DNA of 64,000 bases from Aulosira sp. ZfuVER01 (GCA_034530615.2 JAVRCV020000008.1:96001-160000); one strand, 5' to 3'; numbered from the stretch's first letter, positions 31,001-41,210 are shown. Numbers and translations are program-made. Notes: generated from the letters alone by a model not told the origin.

Positions 31001-33724
31001 GAACGCCCCTACAGCTACACACTCAATCCCTCACAGCGCCAAGACTACGAGACTTTATGGCAAGAATTAAAAGCACTAAACAAGCTGCCACAAACCATCG
31101 TTCATTTGTGGAGTGTTACCTCTGATGAGTTTGAAGAAGGCAGGAGGCAGGAGGCAGGAGGCAGAAGGGATAATTCAGATGTAAATATTTCGATTCCCGC
31201 AGAATTAGCGCCAGGCAAAGTTGCTGTTTATTCAAACCCTTACTCCCTTGTGTCTGGGCAAACAGATTGTAAGCCTTCTGCCACGCCACTTGCTACAACG
31301 GAGGGAATCTCCGCAACGCAGTGGCTCCTCTGCCCTCTGCCCTCTGCCTTTCTTATTGAACGAGTAGAAAAGTTGCAAAATTTAGGCTTCTGGAGTTTAC
31401 TGTTTTTAGCCCAGGCATTAGGAAAACAAAACATCAGCGATCGCCTACAAATTGCAGTCATTTCTAACAATTTACAAGAAGTGACGGGTGAAGAGAATCT
31501 ATGTCCAGAGAAAGCAACTCTACTTGGAACCTGTAAAGTTATTCCTCACGAATATCTCAATATTTCTTGTCGCAGTATTGATATAGTTCTGCCCAAACCT
31601 GGAAGTCAGCAAGCAGAGAAATTAGTTAACAATTTGCTGACAGAACTAACTGTTCAAACCTCAGATATGGCGATCGCTTATCGCGGTAATCATCGTTGGG
31701 TACAAACCTTTGCACCCGTCCGACTAGAACGAACTGAAAAAGCAACACCCCAGTTAAGAGATGGGGGAGTTTACTTAATTACAGGAGGATTAGGCGGTAT
31801 TGGTTTAGTTTTGGCAGAATATCTTGCAAAGACGGTACAAGCGAAATTGGTATTGGTTGGGCGATCGCCTTTTCCCGCATCATCTGAGTGGGAACAATGG
31901 CTGAGTACTCACGATCCACAAGATAGCGTCAGTGTCAAGATTCGCCAATTGCAGGACATGGAAGCGTTAGGTGCAGAGGTGGTGCTCGCCTGTGCCGATG
32001 TTGCGAACTTACAACAAATGCAAGGGGTGATTCGTGAAGTATGCGATCGCTTCGGTCAAATTCACGGTGTCATTCATGCTGCGGGTGTGATGCCAGGAGG
32101 AATGATCCAACTGAGGACACCGGAAGCGATCGCTAATCTGCTAGCGCCGAAAGTAACGGGGACTTTGGTATTAGATACTTTACTTCAGGATGGCGATTTA
32201 GATTTCTTTGTTCTGTGTTCATCGCTCAATTCCTTTCTTGTAGGATTGGGACTAGTCGATTATTGCGCTGCAAATTCCTTTTTAGATGCCTTTGCTAACT
32301 ATAAAGCTTCTCGCTCCAATATCTTTACAACTGCAATTAACTGGGACGGTTGGCAAGAGGTTGGACAAGCCGCTAACGTTAAACTCTCCGAACAACTCCA
32401 ACAATGGCGTGATGCCAATTTCCAACAAGGTATCTTATCTCAAGAAGGAGTAGAGGCGTTTAAGCGCATCTTAGACAGTAGGTTGCCGCAAGTTATAGTA
32501 TCAACTCAGGATTTTCTTTCTCGGTTCGAGCAGTTTAACGCAACTAAAGAATTGCAACATCTGCAATCTCAGCCACAGGCGAACTCATCTAAACCTACTC
32601 ATTCCCGACCGCAATTGAGCCAGGCTTATGTTGGACCTCGCAATCAATTAGAGGAGACTATAGCCCAAATTTGGCAACAATCTTTAGGAATTGAGCCAAT
32701 CGGCATTGACGATGACTTCTTTGAATTGGGAGGTGATTCTTTACTTGCAGTGCATTTAATCGCCAAAATTAGCGCCGCTACCCAAACAAAGTTATCATCC
32801 CATAGCCTACTCGACGCACCGACGATTGCAGACTTAGCTGAATTAATTACTCAAAATGCCTCGCCATCTCAACTAGCTAATGGACAAGCAAAGCCAGAGT
32901 TACCTTCAACCCTAGTAGAAATTCAGTCTGGTAGTTCTAAGCCGCCGCTTTTCCTCATCCATCCTGTTGGCGGTCACGTCTACGTCTATCGCGATTTAGC
33001 TCAATATTTAGGCTCAGACCAACCTGTTTATGGATTGCAGGCACAAGGTATTGATGGTAAAACTCCTCCTCTAACTAAAGTTGAGGAAATGGCAACTCAA
33101 TATCTTGAAGCACTGCGCGTTGTCCAACCGCATGGGACTTACTTTCTCGGTGGGTCCTCTTTTGGCGGAACCATCGCCTATGAAATGGCACAGCAACTCC
33201 AAGCGCAAGGGGAAAAAGTAGGGTTGCTTTTCCTCATAGATACTCCTAGTCTCGGTCATATGCCGTCAGAAAATATTGAAGATGATGGCATCAAAATCAT
33301 GTCTTATGCCTTGGGTGTAGGTGCTAATGTTCCTGTATCTATAGAATATCTGCGACAACTAAGTACCGATGAGCAACTGCACTACTTTTTGCAGCAAGGA
33401 AAAACAGCGTTGAAAATGCCTGCTGATTTTGGCTTAAGCGAGTTGCATCTTTACTACAATCTGTTCAAAATCAACACTAAAGCGATGCGAAATTATATAC
33501 CGCAAGCTTATCCAGGTCGCGTCATCTTTTTTAAAGCCAGCGATCGCGATTCCTTCAACCCCCAAAACCCAGAACTCGGTTGGCAAGATTTGGCAATGGC
33601 AGGGTTAGAAATCCACGAAGTTCCTGGTAATCACATTACAATGAACTTCCCACCACAAGTCCAAGTTATGGCTAAGTTGTTAAGGATATATCTGGAGAGC
33701 GATCCACAAAAACAAAACTTTTAA
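28091..33724 (+). CDS. Type I PKS module KS-AT(malonyl)-KR-ACP-TE
   Basis: TACSTS, EAHGTGT, NIGHL (KS); GHSIG and HAFHS (malonyl AT); GGLGGIG and YCAAN (KR); GGDSL (ACP); GSSFG and GNH (TE); ATG 28091 overlaps the NRPS 2 stop. Confidence 0.95.
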   Translation: MDNLQTSEALEGIAIVGMAGRFPGAKNVDEFWQNLQNGVESISVFSEQELAEAGIDPAVLQNPDYVKAKAVLDDIDLFDAAFFGFSAKEATITDPQHRLFLESAWEALENAGYNPETYTGAIGVYAGVGMSAYLLNNLFTNPELTRSAGAYQTLIANDKDFLPTRVSYKLNLKGPSVNIQTACSTSLVATCIACQSLLNYQCDMALAGGVSISLPQKSGYLYQEGMIFSPDGHCRAFDAQAQGIVAGSGVGIVVLKRLEDAIADGDTIHAVIKGFAVNNDGSMKVGYTAPSVEGQAEAIAQALAMAEVDPESVTYIEAHGTGTPLGDPIEIAALTKAFRASTQKTNFCAIGSVKTNIGHLDTAAGVTGLIKTVQALKHQSIPPSLHFETPNPKIDFANSPFYVNHKLTEWHKNGSPRRAGVSSFGIGGTNAHVVLEEATSLKEQRGREAEGQGRNYQILVVSAKSESAINTATENLIAHLKQHPELNLADVAYTLAFGRKAFNHRRIVVCSNLEEAVTALSRLNQRVFTNNQESKQQAITFMFSGQGSQYVNMALELYQVEPIFRQQIDKCSELLKPDLGLDLRDVLYPSEAQTEIATQQLKQTAITQPALFVIEYALAQLWMSWGVRPQALIGHSIGEYVAACIAGVFSLEDALSLVAARGRLMQQMPAGAMLAVPLTETEARSHLNNNLSLAVINAPSSCVIAGTIAEIDALAQQLPESRRLHTSHAFHSQMMEPILEPFIERVGKVKLNPPQIPYISNVTGTWITTAEATNPNYWAQHLRQTVRFADGLEKLMQDPHQILLEVGPGRTLMTLAKQHPYHDAAVILSSLRHPQEQESDVEFLLTTLGRLWLAGVEIDWSEFYTGEQRYRVPLPTYPFERQRYWVEPQALLPVQKAANSFTKKPDIADWFYIPSWQRSPILGDNDSLAKERFCWLVFVDECGLGDRIIKQLELAGQDAIAVRIGEHFSKERPYSYTLNPSQRQDYETLWQELKALNKLPQTIVHLWSVTSDEFEEGRRQEAGGRRDNSDVNISIPAELAPGKVAVYSNPYSLVSGQTDCKPSATPLATTEGISATQWLLCPLPSAFLIERVEKLQNLGFWSLLFLAQALGKQNISDRLQIAVISNNLQEVTGEENLCPEKATLLGTCKVIPHEYLNISCRSIDIVLPKPGSQQAEKLVNNLLTELTVQTSDMAIAYRGNHRWVQTFAPVRLERTEKATPQLRDGGVYLITGGLGGIGLVLAEYLAKTVQAKLVLVGRSPFPASSEWEQWLSTHDPQDSVSVKIRQLQDMEALGAEVVLACADVANLQQMQGVIREVCDRFGQIHGVIHAAGVMPGGMIQLRTPEAIANLLAPKVTGTLVLDTLLQDGDLDFFVLCSSLNSFLVGLGLVDYCAANSFLDAFANYKASRSNIFTTAINWDGWQEVGQAANVKLSEQLQQWRDANFQQGILSQEGVEAFKRILDSRLPQVIVSTQDFLSRFEQFNATKELQHLQSQPQANSSKPTHSRPQLSQAYVGPRNQLEETIAQIWQQSLGIEPIGIDDDFFELGGDSLLAVHLIAKISAATQTKLSSHSLLDAPTIADLAELITQNASPSQLANGQAKPELPSTLVEIQSGSSKPPLFLIHPVGGHVYVYRDLAQYLGSDQPVYGLQAQGIDGKTPPLTKVEEMATQYLEALRVVQPHGTYFLGGSSFGGTIAYEMAQQLQAQGEKVGLLFLIDTPSLGHMPSENIEDDGIKIMSYALGVGANVPVSIEYLRQLSTDEQLHYFLQQGKTALKMPADFGLSELHLYYNLFKINTKAMRNYIPQAYPGRVIFFKASDRDSFNPQNPELGWQDLAMAGLEIHEVPGNHITMNFPPQVQVMAKLLRIYLESDPQKQNF
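31133..31354. mobile_element. In-frame MITE-like insertion in the PKS (inverted ggcagga/ctctgcc heptamer ends, internal hairpin repeat)
   Basis: gaagaaggcaggaggcagg... and ...ctctgccctctgcctttctt; internal 31283-31327 matches 56382-56426. Confidence 0.7.
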
Positions 33725-33941
33725 TACTAAGTAAAGGCTGGTTTACTCAGATCCCTGTTAGTCATTAAACCTCTTGCATTAACTCAATGTTTTGGATATC
33801 AAACCACAGATAAACACCGATATTTATCTGTGGTTCCTTCTGCGCGATCGCTCTCACCCCCGATCGTTTAACAAAGTTACAATTAGAAAATTGCCTTTCA
33901 AACCTGATTATTTCTCATCTGGAAACAGACGGGAGACTTTT

Positions 33942-34538
33942 ATGACCCCAGCAACTATCGCCAAACCTCCAAAGGAATCACCCCTTTTGTTTGAGGGACT
34001 GACCTGGAGAGAATTCAAAGCCGTTGAGCAGTTGTTATACCGCCCAGGATATCGACTATCTTACCTGGATGGGATTTTGGAGATACGCAGAATGCCTGGA
34101 GAACCACACGAAACCGTTAAGGAAAGGATCGGCGCATTGTTGGAACTTTACCTGTTGATGGCAGGATTTGACTTTACTCCCACTGGCTCAATGACCTTGG
34201 AAAGTGAAGTAGGTGCGGTCAAGCGAGAAGCAGATAAATCTTATAAACTGGCTCCTGGTCGAGTGCGTCCCGATTTGGCGATTGAAGTGGTGTTTACTAG
34301 TGGGGGTATCGACAAGCTGGAGGCATACAAGCGATTGAAGATCAAGGAAGTATGGTTTTGGGAAGATGGCGTGTTAGAGGTATATCACCTCCGGGGAGAA
34401 GCCAATGCGCTTGACTATGAACAGATTTCCAGTAGTGAAGAAGTCAAAGGAATCGATCTGGATTTGTTGTTACGTTGCATCAATATGGTGAATCATGTTG
34501 ATGCTATTAAGACTTTTCAACAAGCGCTGGTGAAATAG
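33942..34538 (+). CDS. Uma2 (DUF820) family putative endonuclease
   Basis: LTWREF, RLSYLDGILEI, READKSY, PDLAIEVVFTSG, KLEAYKRL..EVWFW. Confidence 0.9.
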   Translation: MTPATIAKPPKESPLLFEGLTWREFKAVEQLLYRPGYRLSYLDGILEIRRMPGEPHETVKERIGALLELYLLMAGFDFTPTGSMTLESEVGAVKREADKSYKLAPGRVRPDLAIEVVFTSGGIDKLEAYKRLKIKEVWFWEDGVLEVYHLRGEANALDYEQISSSEEVKGIDLDLLLRCINMVNHVDAIKTFQQALVK

Positions 34539-34787
34539 CTGCGGATAAGTTGTCGCGTATTCTTAAATATTACCGAGCGATCGTATTGTTGGGGATGTGC
34601 CCGAAAGGCTTTATCTAGGCAAAGCGAAAGGGGAAAAGGGTAAAGAGTGATTTTAAATCTTTATCCTTTTCCCTTTATCCCTAATCTCCACTCCCTGAGG
34701 TCGTGGGGCCCCGAGTTCCCCCTTAACCGAACCGCATTGGAGGCAGGTTGACAAAAATAATGAATTATTAATTTTCTCGCCCGATCG

Positions 34788-35021
34788 CTAATCATCTAAC
34801 TCAATATCACTGTCGTCATCATCATGATCGTAAGGCAGATCGTCAAGATCGATCATCTCTGAAATTTCTTCTACTTGAGCTAGATACTCCGAATCTTGCG
34901 TTTCACGTGCTATTAAGCGACCATTTGACTTTAGCCATTCTATAAGAACAAATTCATTACTTGAACGAATGACAGTGGCTCGCTGGTTACGAGGTGCTTC
35001 ATGCAAAGGGCCATTATTCAT
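34788..35021 (-). CDS. Small conserved cyanobacterial protein (DUF3134-like)
   Basis: LHEAPRNQRATVI...IEWLKSNGRLIARE with acidic tail. Confidence 0.7.
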   Translation of the reverse strand: MNNGPLHEAPRNQRATVIRSSNEFVLIEWLKSNGRLIARETQDSEYLAQVEEISEMIDLDDLPYDHDDDDSDIELDD

Positions 35022-35765
35022 AAAAATCTCACTTTGAATGGGGAATAACTGAAGTCGTCCAAGATTTGGTGTATTTAGAAAAATGAAAGCTTTAAATAGC
35101 AAGCATTTCAAATTTTCCCTCTGGATCTGCCTAGTTTGGACTAATTCCTAAGCAAGCTGTTCTATAGTATTCCCCTAAGGGAACTTTTGCCAGAAGCATC
35201 TCTCTAAATTTTTCTAATTCTTTTAAAATACTATCTCCTAGTTATATTGGCTTCTAATTTGAGCAAACTTACTGCTATCAAATTTAACGACGAAGTAATA
35301 TATTTACACAGCAAAGGCAATTATGTCTACTACCTCATCTATGGCGCAAAGTTGATAGCTTTATGCCGTCAGCTGTAATTTATTATCAGGTTAATTTTTA
35401 CTTAAAATATTCGTAATTAATAGAACTTATATTTTAAAAACCTGACATATTAATCATATCTTTTATTTTAAACCATCTTGTCAAAAAAGTACTGATTTTA
35501 ATAATGGATATAGCTTTTTTGAGAATGCATAGTTAGGAATAGGTTACAAGTACCGGAATCTGGTTTCATTTTTGAAAAAGGATTTGCCTTGAAAATACCT
35601 GTATAATTTCCAACTTTGCTACTGATAACAATGGGATATCCTTCAGTAGTCTTAAAGATACTTAATGAAACTTGATAGAAGGGAAAGCTAGATTAGAAGC
35701 AAATGTCCTTTAAATACTGAAGATTAGCTCTGTTTTTTGTGATTTTGAAACTGAAATATGACAGT

Positions 35766-36428
35766 ATGGCTGCTAAAAAACTGACTAATTCTGACAAACA
35801 CGTTGTTGTCGATGCAGAGCGACAACAAGGCAAAAATAAAAATAAGAGCATAGCTAGTAAAGCAACGCCAATCCCAAACATATCCTATAGTGTTGTCCAT
35901 GCTATTCGGGGACGAATTCGTTTTCGGATTCCTCGGTTAGCCAAAGATTCTGAGTATGCCAATAAACTCCAGCGATTGATAGAATCAGATGCTAGGATTA
36001 CAAATGTACGAATTAACCCTGCTGCCGCATCAATTGCGATCGCCTATCAACCTGGGGTAATATCAGGCGAAAAAATGCGATCGCATCTAGTTAATCTAAT
36101 TCAAACTGCCCCAAATATAGCTTTACCAGCCCCAGTCACAGCAAAAACAATTGCCAAAGCCATCTTGGATGCTGTAATTAACTTTATTGACGGTACACGT
36201 AACATCAACAAAGCGCGTACTGCTATTAAGCATCAAGAAGTGAAGCCAAATATTTGGGAACGGATACTAGGTAGCGCTAAAGCTGTCATCAAGGGGCTAA
36301 AGTCTGCAATTGTGTTTATATTGCCTAATCAACAGTGGCGATCGCAAAGTAGTAAAAAGAAATTAGGCTTGCAGCCATTAGCACCGCCACCTATGGCTGG
36401 AAGTAAACATCGCCTAGCTTTGCCATAA
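35766..36428 (+). CDS. HMA2 (heavy-metal-associated-like) domain protein
   Basis: VVHAIRGRIRFRIPRL...VRINPAAASIAIAY pattern. Confidence 0.75.
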   Translation: MAAKKLTNSDKHVVVDAERQQGKNKNKSIASKATPIPNISYSVVHAIRGRIRFRIPRLAKDSEYANKLQRLIESDARITNVRINPAAASIAIAYQPGVISGEKMRSHLVNLIQTAPNIALPAPVTAKTIAKAILDAVINFIDGTRNINKARTAIKHQEVKPNIWERILGSAKAVIKGLKSAIVFILPNQQWRSQSSKKKLGLQPLAPPPMAGSKHRLALP

Positions 36429-36595
36429 TTGCTCGCTGCATTCACAAAAGGCGTAAAGTCGATTTTAGTCAGCAAAAAGGCAAATTCTGTCTCATTTGAG
36501 TAATTCCAAAACTCATGAGAAATATTGCACTTGTTGCAATAGCCAATTAAATCCAATTTTTGGACTTTATTTAATTTACGATCGCAAATAGAAAA

Positions 36596-37570
36596 ATGGG
36601 TACTCTTAATTTTGATCAACTTCCTAATGAGAATCTTTTAGTTAGAACCATACATAGTGCCGTTAAAGGCAGAGCTAGATATAAAGTGAATGGACTTTAT
36701 GGTTCGGAGGCTGTCAAAAGATATCTGGGATTTAGGTTGTCAAAAGAGAAAGGAATTGCCCAAGTTAGTGCTAATACTTGGACAGGAAATGTTCTGGTGA
36801 TTTTCCATCCTGATTTTAGCCCAAGTGCGATCGCACTTCTTATTCAAGATATTGTCCGAGATTACGTAAAAGAAGCCAGAAAACTAGTGCTAGAGACAGC
36901 ATCTATTAATAAAGGGATAGAAAAAGCTCAAAATCTACCTCAAGCCTTAAATCAAGTCAATAATCAATTAATTATCGCATCTGGGACTATTGGCGCTTTT
37001 GCTTTAGGAGCCGCATTGCTGCACAGATATAATCTGGATGAAAGCATATTGTTAGCCATTCAAAAGTTACACACACCAATTCTAGACAGCATCATGCTGG
37101 GTATCACGTCTCTAGGCGATCCACTGGCTTTGGTGTTGATTTGTTTGGGAGTAGAATTTTATCTGCGTTATCATCGTCGTCCCTACGCTACTCGCTTAGG
37201 TTTAGCTACAGCCAGTGCCATCAGCTTAAATTATCTGCTAAAAGTGATTTTTGGTCGGGCGCGTCCAGCACTGTGGGATCGAATTATTCATGTAGGTCAA
37301 CATAGCTTTCCCAGCGGTCACGCTATGGTGTCAATAGTGATTTACGGTTTCATCTGTTATATTTTGGCGGAGCAATTTCCCCAATGGCGCAAACAGATTT
37401 TCGCCTTGAGCGTTGTCTTAATTTTGTTAATAGGTTTTAGTCGGCTTTATTTGGGCGTACATTGGCCTACTGATGTGTTAGTTGGCTATGCTATCGGTTT
37501 AGCTTGGTTAGTTGCTTGTATTCTCACATTGGAAGTGCAGCCCAAATATAACTTGTCAGGTGGACATTAA
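36596..37570 (+). CDS. HMA2 domain fused to a PAP2 family membrane phosphatase
   Basis: N-term IHSAVKGRARYKV...ANTWTGNVLVIF; PAP2 motifs K..FGRARP, SFPSGH, SRLYLGVHWPTDV. Confidence 0.9.
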   Translation: MGTLNFDQLPNENLLVRTIHSAVKGRARYKVNGLYGSEAVKRYLGFRLSKEKGIAQVSANTWTGNVLVIFHPDFSPSAIALLIQDIVRDYVKEARKLVLETASINKGIEKAQNLPQALNQVNNQLIIASGTIGAFALGAALLHRYNLDESILLAIQKLHTPILDSIMLGITSLGDPLALVLICLGVEFYLRYHRRPYATRLGLATASAISLNYLLKVIFGRARPALWDRIIHVGQHSFPSGHAMVSIVIYGFICYILAEQFPQWRKQIFALSVVLILLIGFSRLYLGVHWPTDVLVGYAIGLAWLVACILTLEVQPKYNLSGGH

Positions 37571-37857
37571 GAAAACGCAAAGCGTTTCACTCATGGGAAA
37601 GTGTTGATTTTTTCTAGTGAAAACTCGGTTTATCAAGAAATGTTGATACCACTAAGCAGCTTACACCTAACAAATTATTCTAAAAAGTAGGAACTGACTT
37701 TTCGTGTGAAAATTTCGGATTTGTCTTATGGGCAAATGTGAGGAGAAAGGGAAAAGAAAGCAGGAATAACCTGTCACTTTGAACCCTGACCCTTCCCTCA
37801 ATGACCAGAGTCTATCCATAACTCCACTCTCGCCGCGAAGTTCAGCTAATTGGAAAA

Positions 37858-40800
37858 ATGAACAATCATTTCCCCGACTCCCGCCACAGTAAGAATCCTA
37901 TTGTTCGGGCAATACATACTGCTGTTAAAGGGAGAGCTAGATATAAGGTTGATGGACTTCATCACTCGGAGTCACTTAAACAATATATTGAGTTAAGGCT
38001 GAAAGAGGAAGCAGGGATTAGGGATGTCTTTGCTAATCCACTTACAGGTAATGTACTGGTAATCTTCCAACCAGATTTTAGCTTTCAAGCGATCGCCTGG
38101 CTCATCAAAGCTATTGTTTGCGATTTCCTCGAAAAAGGGAGAAAATCTCTAGCCAAGACACCTGTTATCAGCCCAGCTAAACATCTATCTTCCTCCTCTC
38201 TTGCAAAAAGAGGAAACCATACCAGCAAAATGAGCAAGTTGACTACATCTGGTCAGGAGCAACAAATTTTACCCTGGCATATTTTAAAAGCAGATACTGC
38301 GATCGCAGATTTACACACATCAATAACATCAGGATTAGCTACTAATACTGCTCAAGCCAACTTGCTCAAATATGGAGCAAATATCCTACCCATATCTGAA
38401 AAACGCTCTAAGCTGAGTATTTTTATTGACCAATTTAAATCTTTGCCAGTAGGACTACTAAGTATAGCGGCAGGTTTGTCAATTGCTACTGGGGGCATAG
38501 CTGATGCTGTAGTAATTATGGGAGTTGTATTCATTAATGCTGTAATTGGCTACGCCACAGAAAGCAACTCAGAAAAGATTATTAATTCACTCAAGCATCT
38601 AGTCAAACCATCTGCTGTGGTCATTAGAGATGGAATTTCGCAAGAAATCAGCGCCACGGAGATTGCGATCGGAGATATTTTAGTACTTAGACCGGGCAGT
38701 TATGTGCCAGCTGATGCCAGACTAATTGAAGCCAATCGTTTGACTGTAGATGAGTCGGCTTTAACAGGTGAGAGTTTGCCCGTTCCCAAAAACACCGAAC
38801 CCCTGAGCAAACAGGATATACCCCTTGGCGATCGCGTGAATATGGTCTACATGGGAACCTTAGTTACTGGCGGTCAAGGACTGGCTGTAGTGGTTGCTAC
38901 AGGCAAATTTACCGAAATGGGCAGAATTCAAACCCTGGTTTCTGAAAGCCAAATGCCAGAAACGCCCATGCAAAAACAACTCGACCAAGCAGGTAGCCAA
39001 CTTGTTGTCGTATCGGGGGCGGTTTGTGCAGTTGTTTTTGGTATCGGTCTGTTGCGGGGATATGGTTGGATTCAGATGTTGAAATCATCCATTTCCTTGG
39101 CTGTGGCTGCGGTTCCCGAAGGATTGCCAACCATTGCAACTACAACCCTAGCTTTAGGAATCGCCAACATGAGACGGCATAACGTCTTGATTCGGCGTTT
39201 GGATGCGGTGGAAACCTTGGGTTCTGTACAGACAATTTGCTTGGATAAAACAGGCACGCTCACAGAAAATAAAATGTCTGTGGTTGAACTATATGCAGAT
39301 AGCAAATCTATCCAAGTGTCATCTGATGGTAAATTTATTGCCCAATCGCAAGATATTAACCCTTACAACTGCGATCGACTCTTAAAGCTAATTCATGTCT
39401 CAGTACTGTGCAATGAGAGTGAAGTCCACAAAAATTCCGATGGAGAATATGTAGTCAAAGGTTCAGCTACAGAGAATGCTCTAATTTATTTGGCAATTAG
39501 CGCTGGGGTAGATGTTATCCAACTCAAAGAAAATTATCCATGTTGCCGAACTAATCACCGTTCAGAACATCAGAATTTCATGAGTACGGTGCATACCATA
39601 AAACACGAGGATACTTCATCTACTTTGGTTGCTGCTACAACAGAAATCGGTTCCTTACAACCATTGGCGATAAAGAAAAAACGCCGGGGTCGTCCGCCGT
39701 CATCGCGTCGTGCAGAAAAGCAACTTGTGGCAATTAAAGGTAGCCCTTCTGAAGTGCTGGAAATGTCTACCCAACAAATTAAAGATGGCGAACTAGTACT
39801 GCTAACAGAAGCAGATAGACAAGCCATCGATAATGAAAACGAAGTCATGGCGGGTAAAGGACTGCGGATATTAGGGGCAGCTTACACTCATGTTGATGCC
39901 GCACAAACAAATGGCAACGTTCCGCACGATGTGATTTGGTTGGGTTTGATTGGGATGACAGACCCGATTAGAAATGGTGTCAAAGACTTGATGGGTGTCT
40001 TCCATCAAGCGGGGATTAATACAGTCATGATCACCGGGGATCAAAGTCCCACAGCTTACGCTATTGGTAAAGAATTGAATTTGAGTCGCAGCGAGCAACT
40101 AGAAATCCTCGATTCTACTCATCTTAACAACCTTGACTCAGAGTTGATGAAAGGATTATGCGATCGCGTTAATGTTTTTGCGAGGGTTAGTCCTGCCAAT
40201 AAATTACAAATCGTCCAAGCGCTGCAAAGCGCAGGTAAAGTTGTTTCCATGACTGGAGATGGTATTAATGATGCACCTGCTTTAAAAGTTGCTGATGTTG
40301 GCATCGCAATGGGGCATACAGGCACAGATGCAGCGCGGGAAGTTGCAGATATTGTCTTAGAAAATGACAATTTGGAAACCATGATTATTGCTGTCAGTCA
40401 TGGACGGACAATTTATAACAACATCAGAAAATCTGTGCATTTTTTGCTGTCTACCAACTTGAGCGAAATCATGGTGATGTTGACAGCGACAGCCGCAGGT
40501 ATTGGTCAGCCTTTAACTGCCATGCAACTATTGTGGCTGAATTTGGTGACAGATATCTTCCCCGGATTAGCTTTAGCTTTGGAACCACCAGAACCCGATG
40601 TTTTAAATCAACCACCCCGCAATCCTGAAGAACGAATTATCAAAACATCCGATTTTCAAAGAATTATTTTTGAATCAGCGACAATTTCTGTTAGTTCCTT
40701 AGCAGCATATAGCTACGCAATTAGCCGCTATGGTATTAGCGCACAAGCCAGCACCATCGGTTTTATGAGTCTGACAATGGCGCAACTGCTACATACTCTT

Positions 40801-41040
40801 AGCTGTCGTTCGCCGCAACACAGTATTTTCAGTTCCGAAAAACTGCCAGCTAACCGTTATTTAACTGTAGCGCTGGGAGGCTCCTTTGGTCTGCAAATAT
40901 TAGCAGCAGCAGTACCAGGACTCAGACAAATGCTGAACTTGACAGCAATTAATCTGGTAGATAGTGCTGTGATTGGTACTAGTGCTTTACTGCCATTTGT
41001 AGTGAATGAAGGTACGAAACCAATTCAAAATTCGTCTTGA
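37858..41040 (+). CDS. P-type (IIA, Ca2+-type) cation-transporting ATPase with N-terminal HMA2 domain
   Basis: TGES, AVPEGL, DKTGTLT, TGDGINDAPAL, LWLNLVTD; N-term IHTAVKGRARYKV. Confidence 0.93.
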   Translation: MNNHFPDSRHSKNPIVRAIHTAVKGRARYKVDGLHHSESLKQYIELRLKEEAGIRDVFANPLTGNVLVIFQPDFSFQAIAWLIKAIVCDFLEKGRKSLAKTPVISPAKHLSSSSLAKRGNHTSKMSKLTTSGQEQQILPWHILKADTAIADLHTSITSGLATNTAQANLLKYGANILPISEKRSKLSIFIDQFKSLPVGLLSIAAGLSIATGGIADAVVIMGVVFINAVIGYATESNSEKIINSLKHLVKPSAVVIRDGISQEISATEIAIGDILVLRPGSYVPADARLIEANRLTVDESALTGESLPVPKNTEPLSKQDIPLGDRVNMVYMGTLVTGGQGLAVVVATGKFTEMGRIQTLVSESQMPETPMQKQLDQAGSQLVVVSGAVCAVVFGIGLLRGYGWIQMLKSSISLAVAAVPEGLPTIATTTLALGIANMRRHNVLIRRLDAVETLGSVQTICLDKTGTLTENKMSVVELYADSKSIQVSSDGKFIAQSQDINPYNCDRLLKLIHVSVLCNESEVHKNSDGEYVVKGSATENALIYLAISAGVDVIQLKENYPCCRTNHRSEHQNFMSTVHTIKHEDTSSTLVAATTEIGSLQPLAIKKKRRGRPPSSRRAEKQLVAIKGSPSEVLEMSTQQIKDGELVLLTEADRQAIDNENEVMAGKGLRILGAAYTHVDAAQTNGNVPHDVIWLGLIGMTDPIRNGVKDLMGVFHQAGINTVMITGDQSPTAYAIGKELNLSRSEQLEILDSTHLNNLDSELMKGLCDRVNVFARVSPANKLQIVQALQSAGKVVSMTGDGINDAPALKVADVGIAMGHTGTDAAREVADIVLENDNLETMIIAVSHGRTIYNNIRKSVHFLLSTNLSEIMVMLTATAAGIGQPLTAMQLLWLNLVTDIFPGLALALEPPEPDVLNQPPRNPEERIIKTSDFQRIIFESATISVSSLAAYSYAISRYGISAQASTIGFMSLTMAQLLHTLSCRSPQHSIFSSEKLPANRYLTVALGGSFGLQILAAAVPGLRQMLNLTAINLVDSAVIGTSALLPFVVNEGTKPIQNSS

Positions 41041-41102
41041 AAAGTTTGCTCAACGGGGGGAACCCCCGCACGCAACTTTTCGCAAAATTCAAAATTCAAA
41101 AT
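41041..41102. repeat. Hairpin dispersed repeat followed by aaattca heptamers
   Basis: aaagtt-tgctcaa-cgggg-ggaac-ccccg-cacgc-aacttt, then caaaattcaaaattcaaaat. Confidence 0.75.
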
Positions 41103-41210
41103 AATTCCAGCCTTTGATAGTGCCTTACCACTCTTCCTCACTATCTCAAACTCTCAAATCCTTACGCTCTTAATTCTCTGCGCTTTTGCGTCTTTGCGTG
41201 AGAAAAATCT

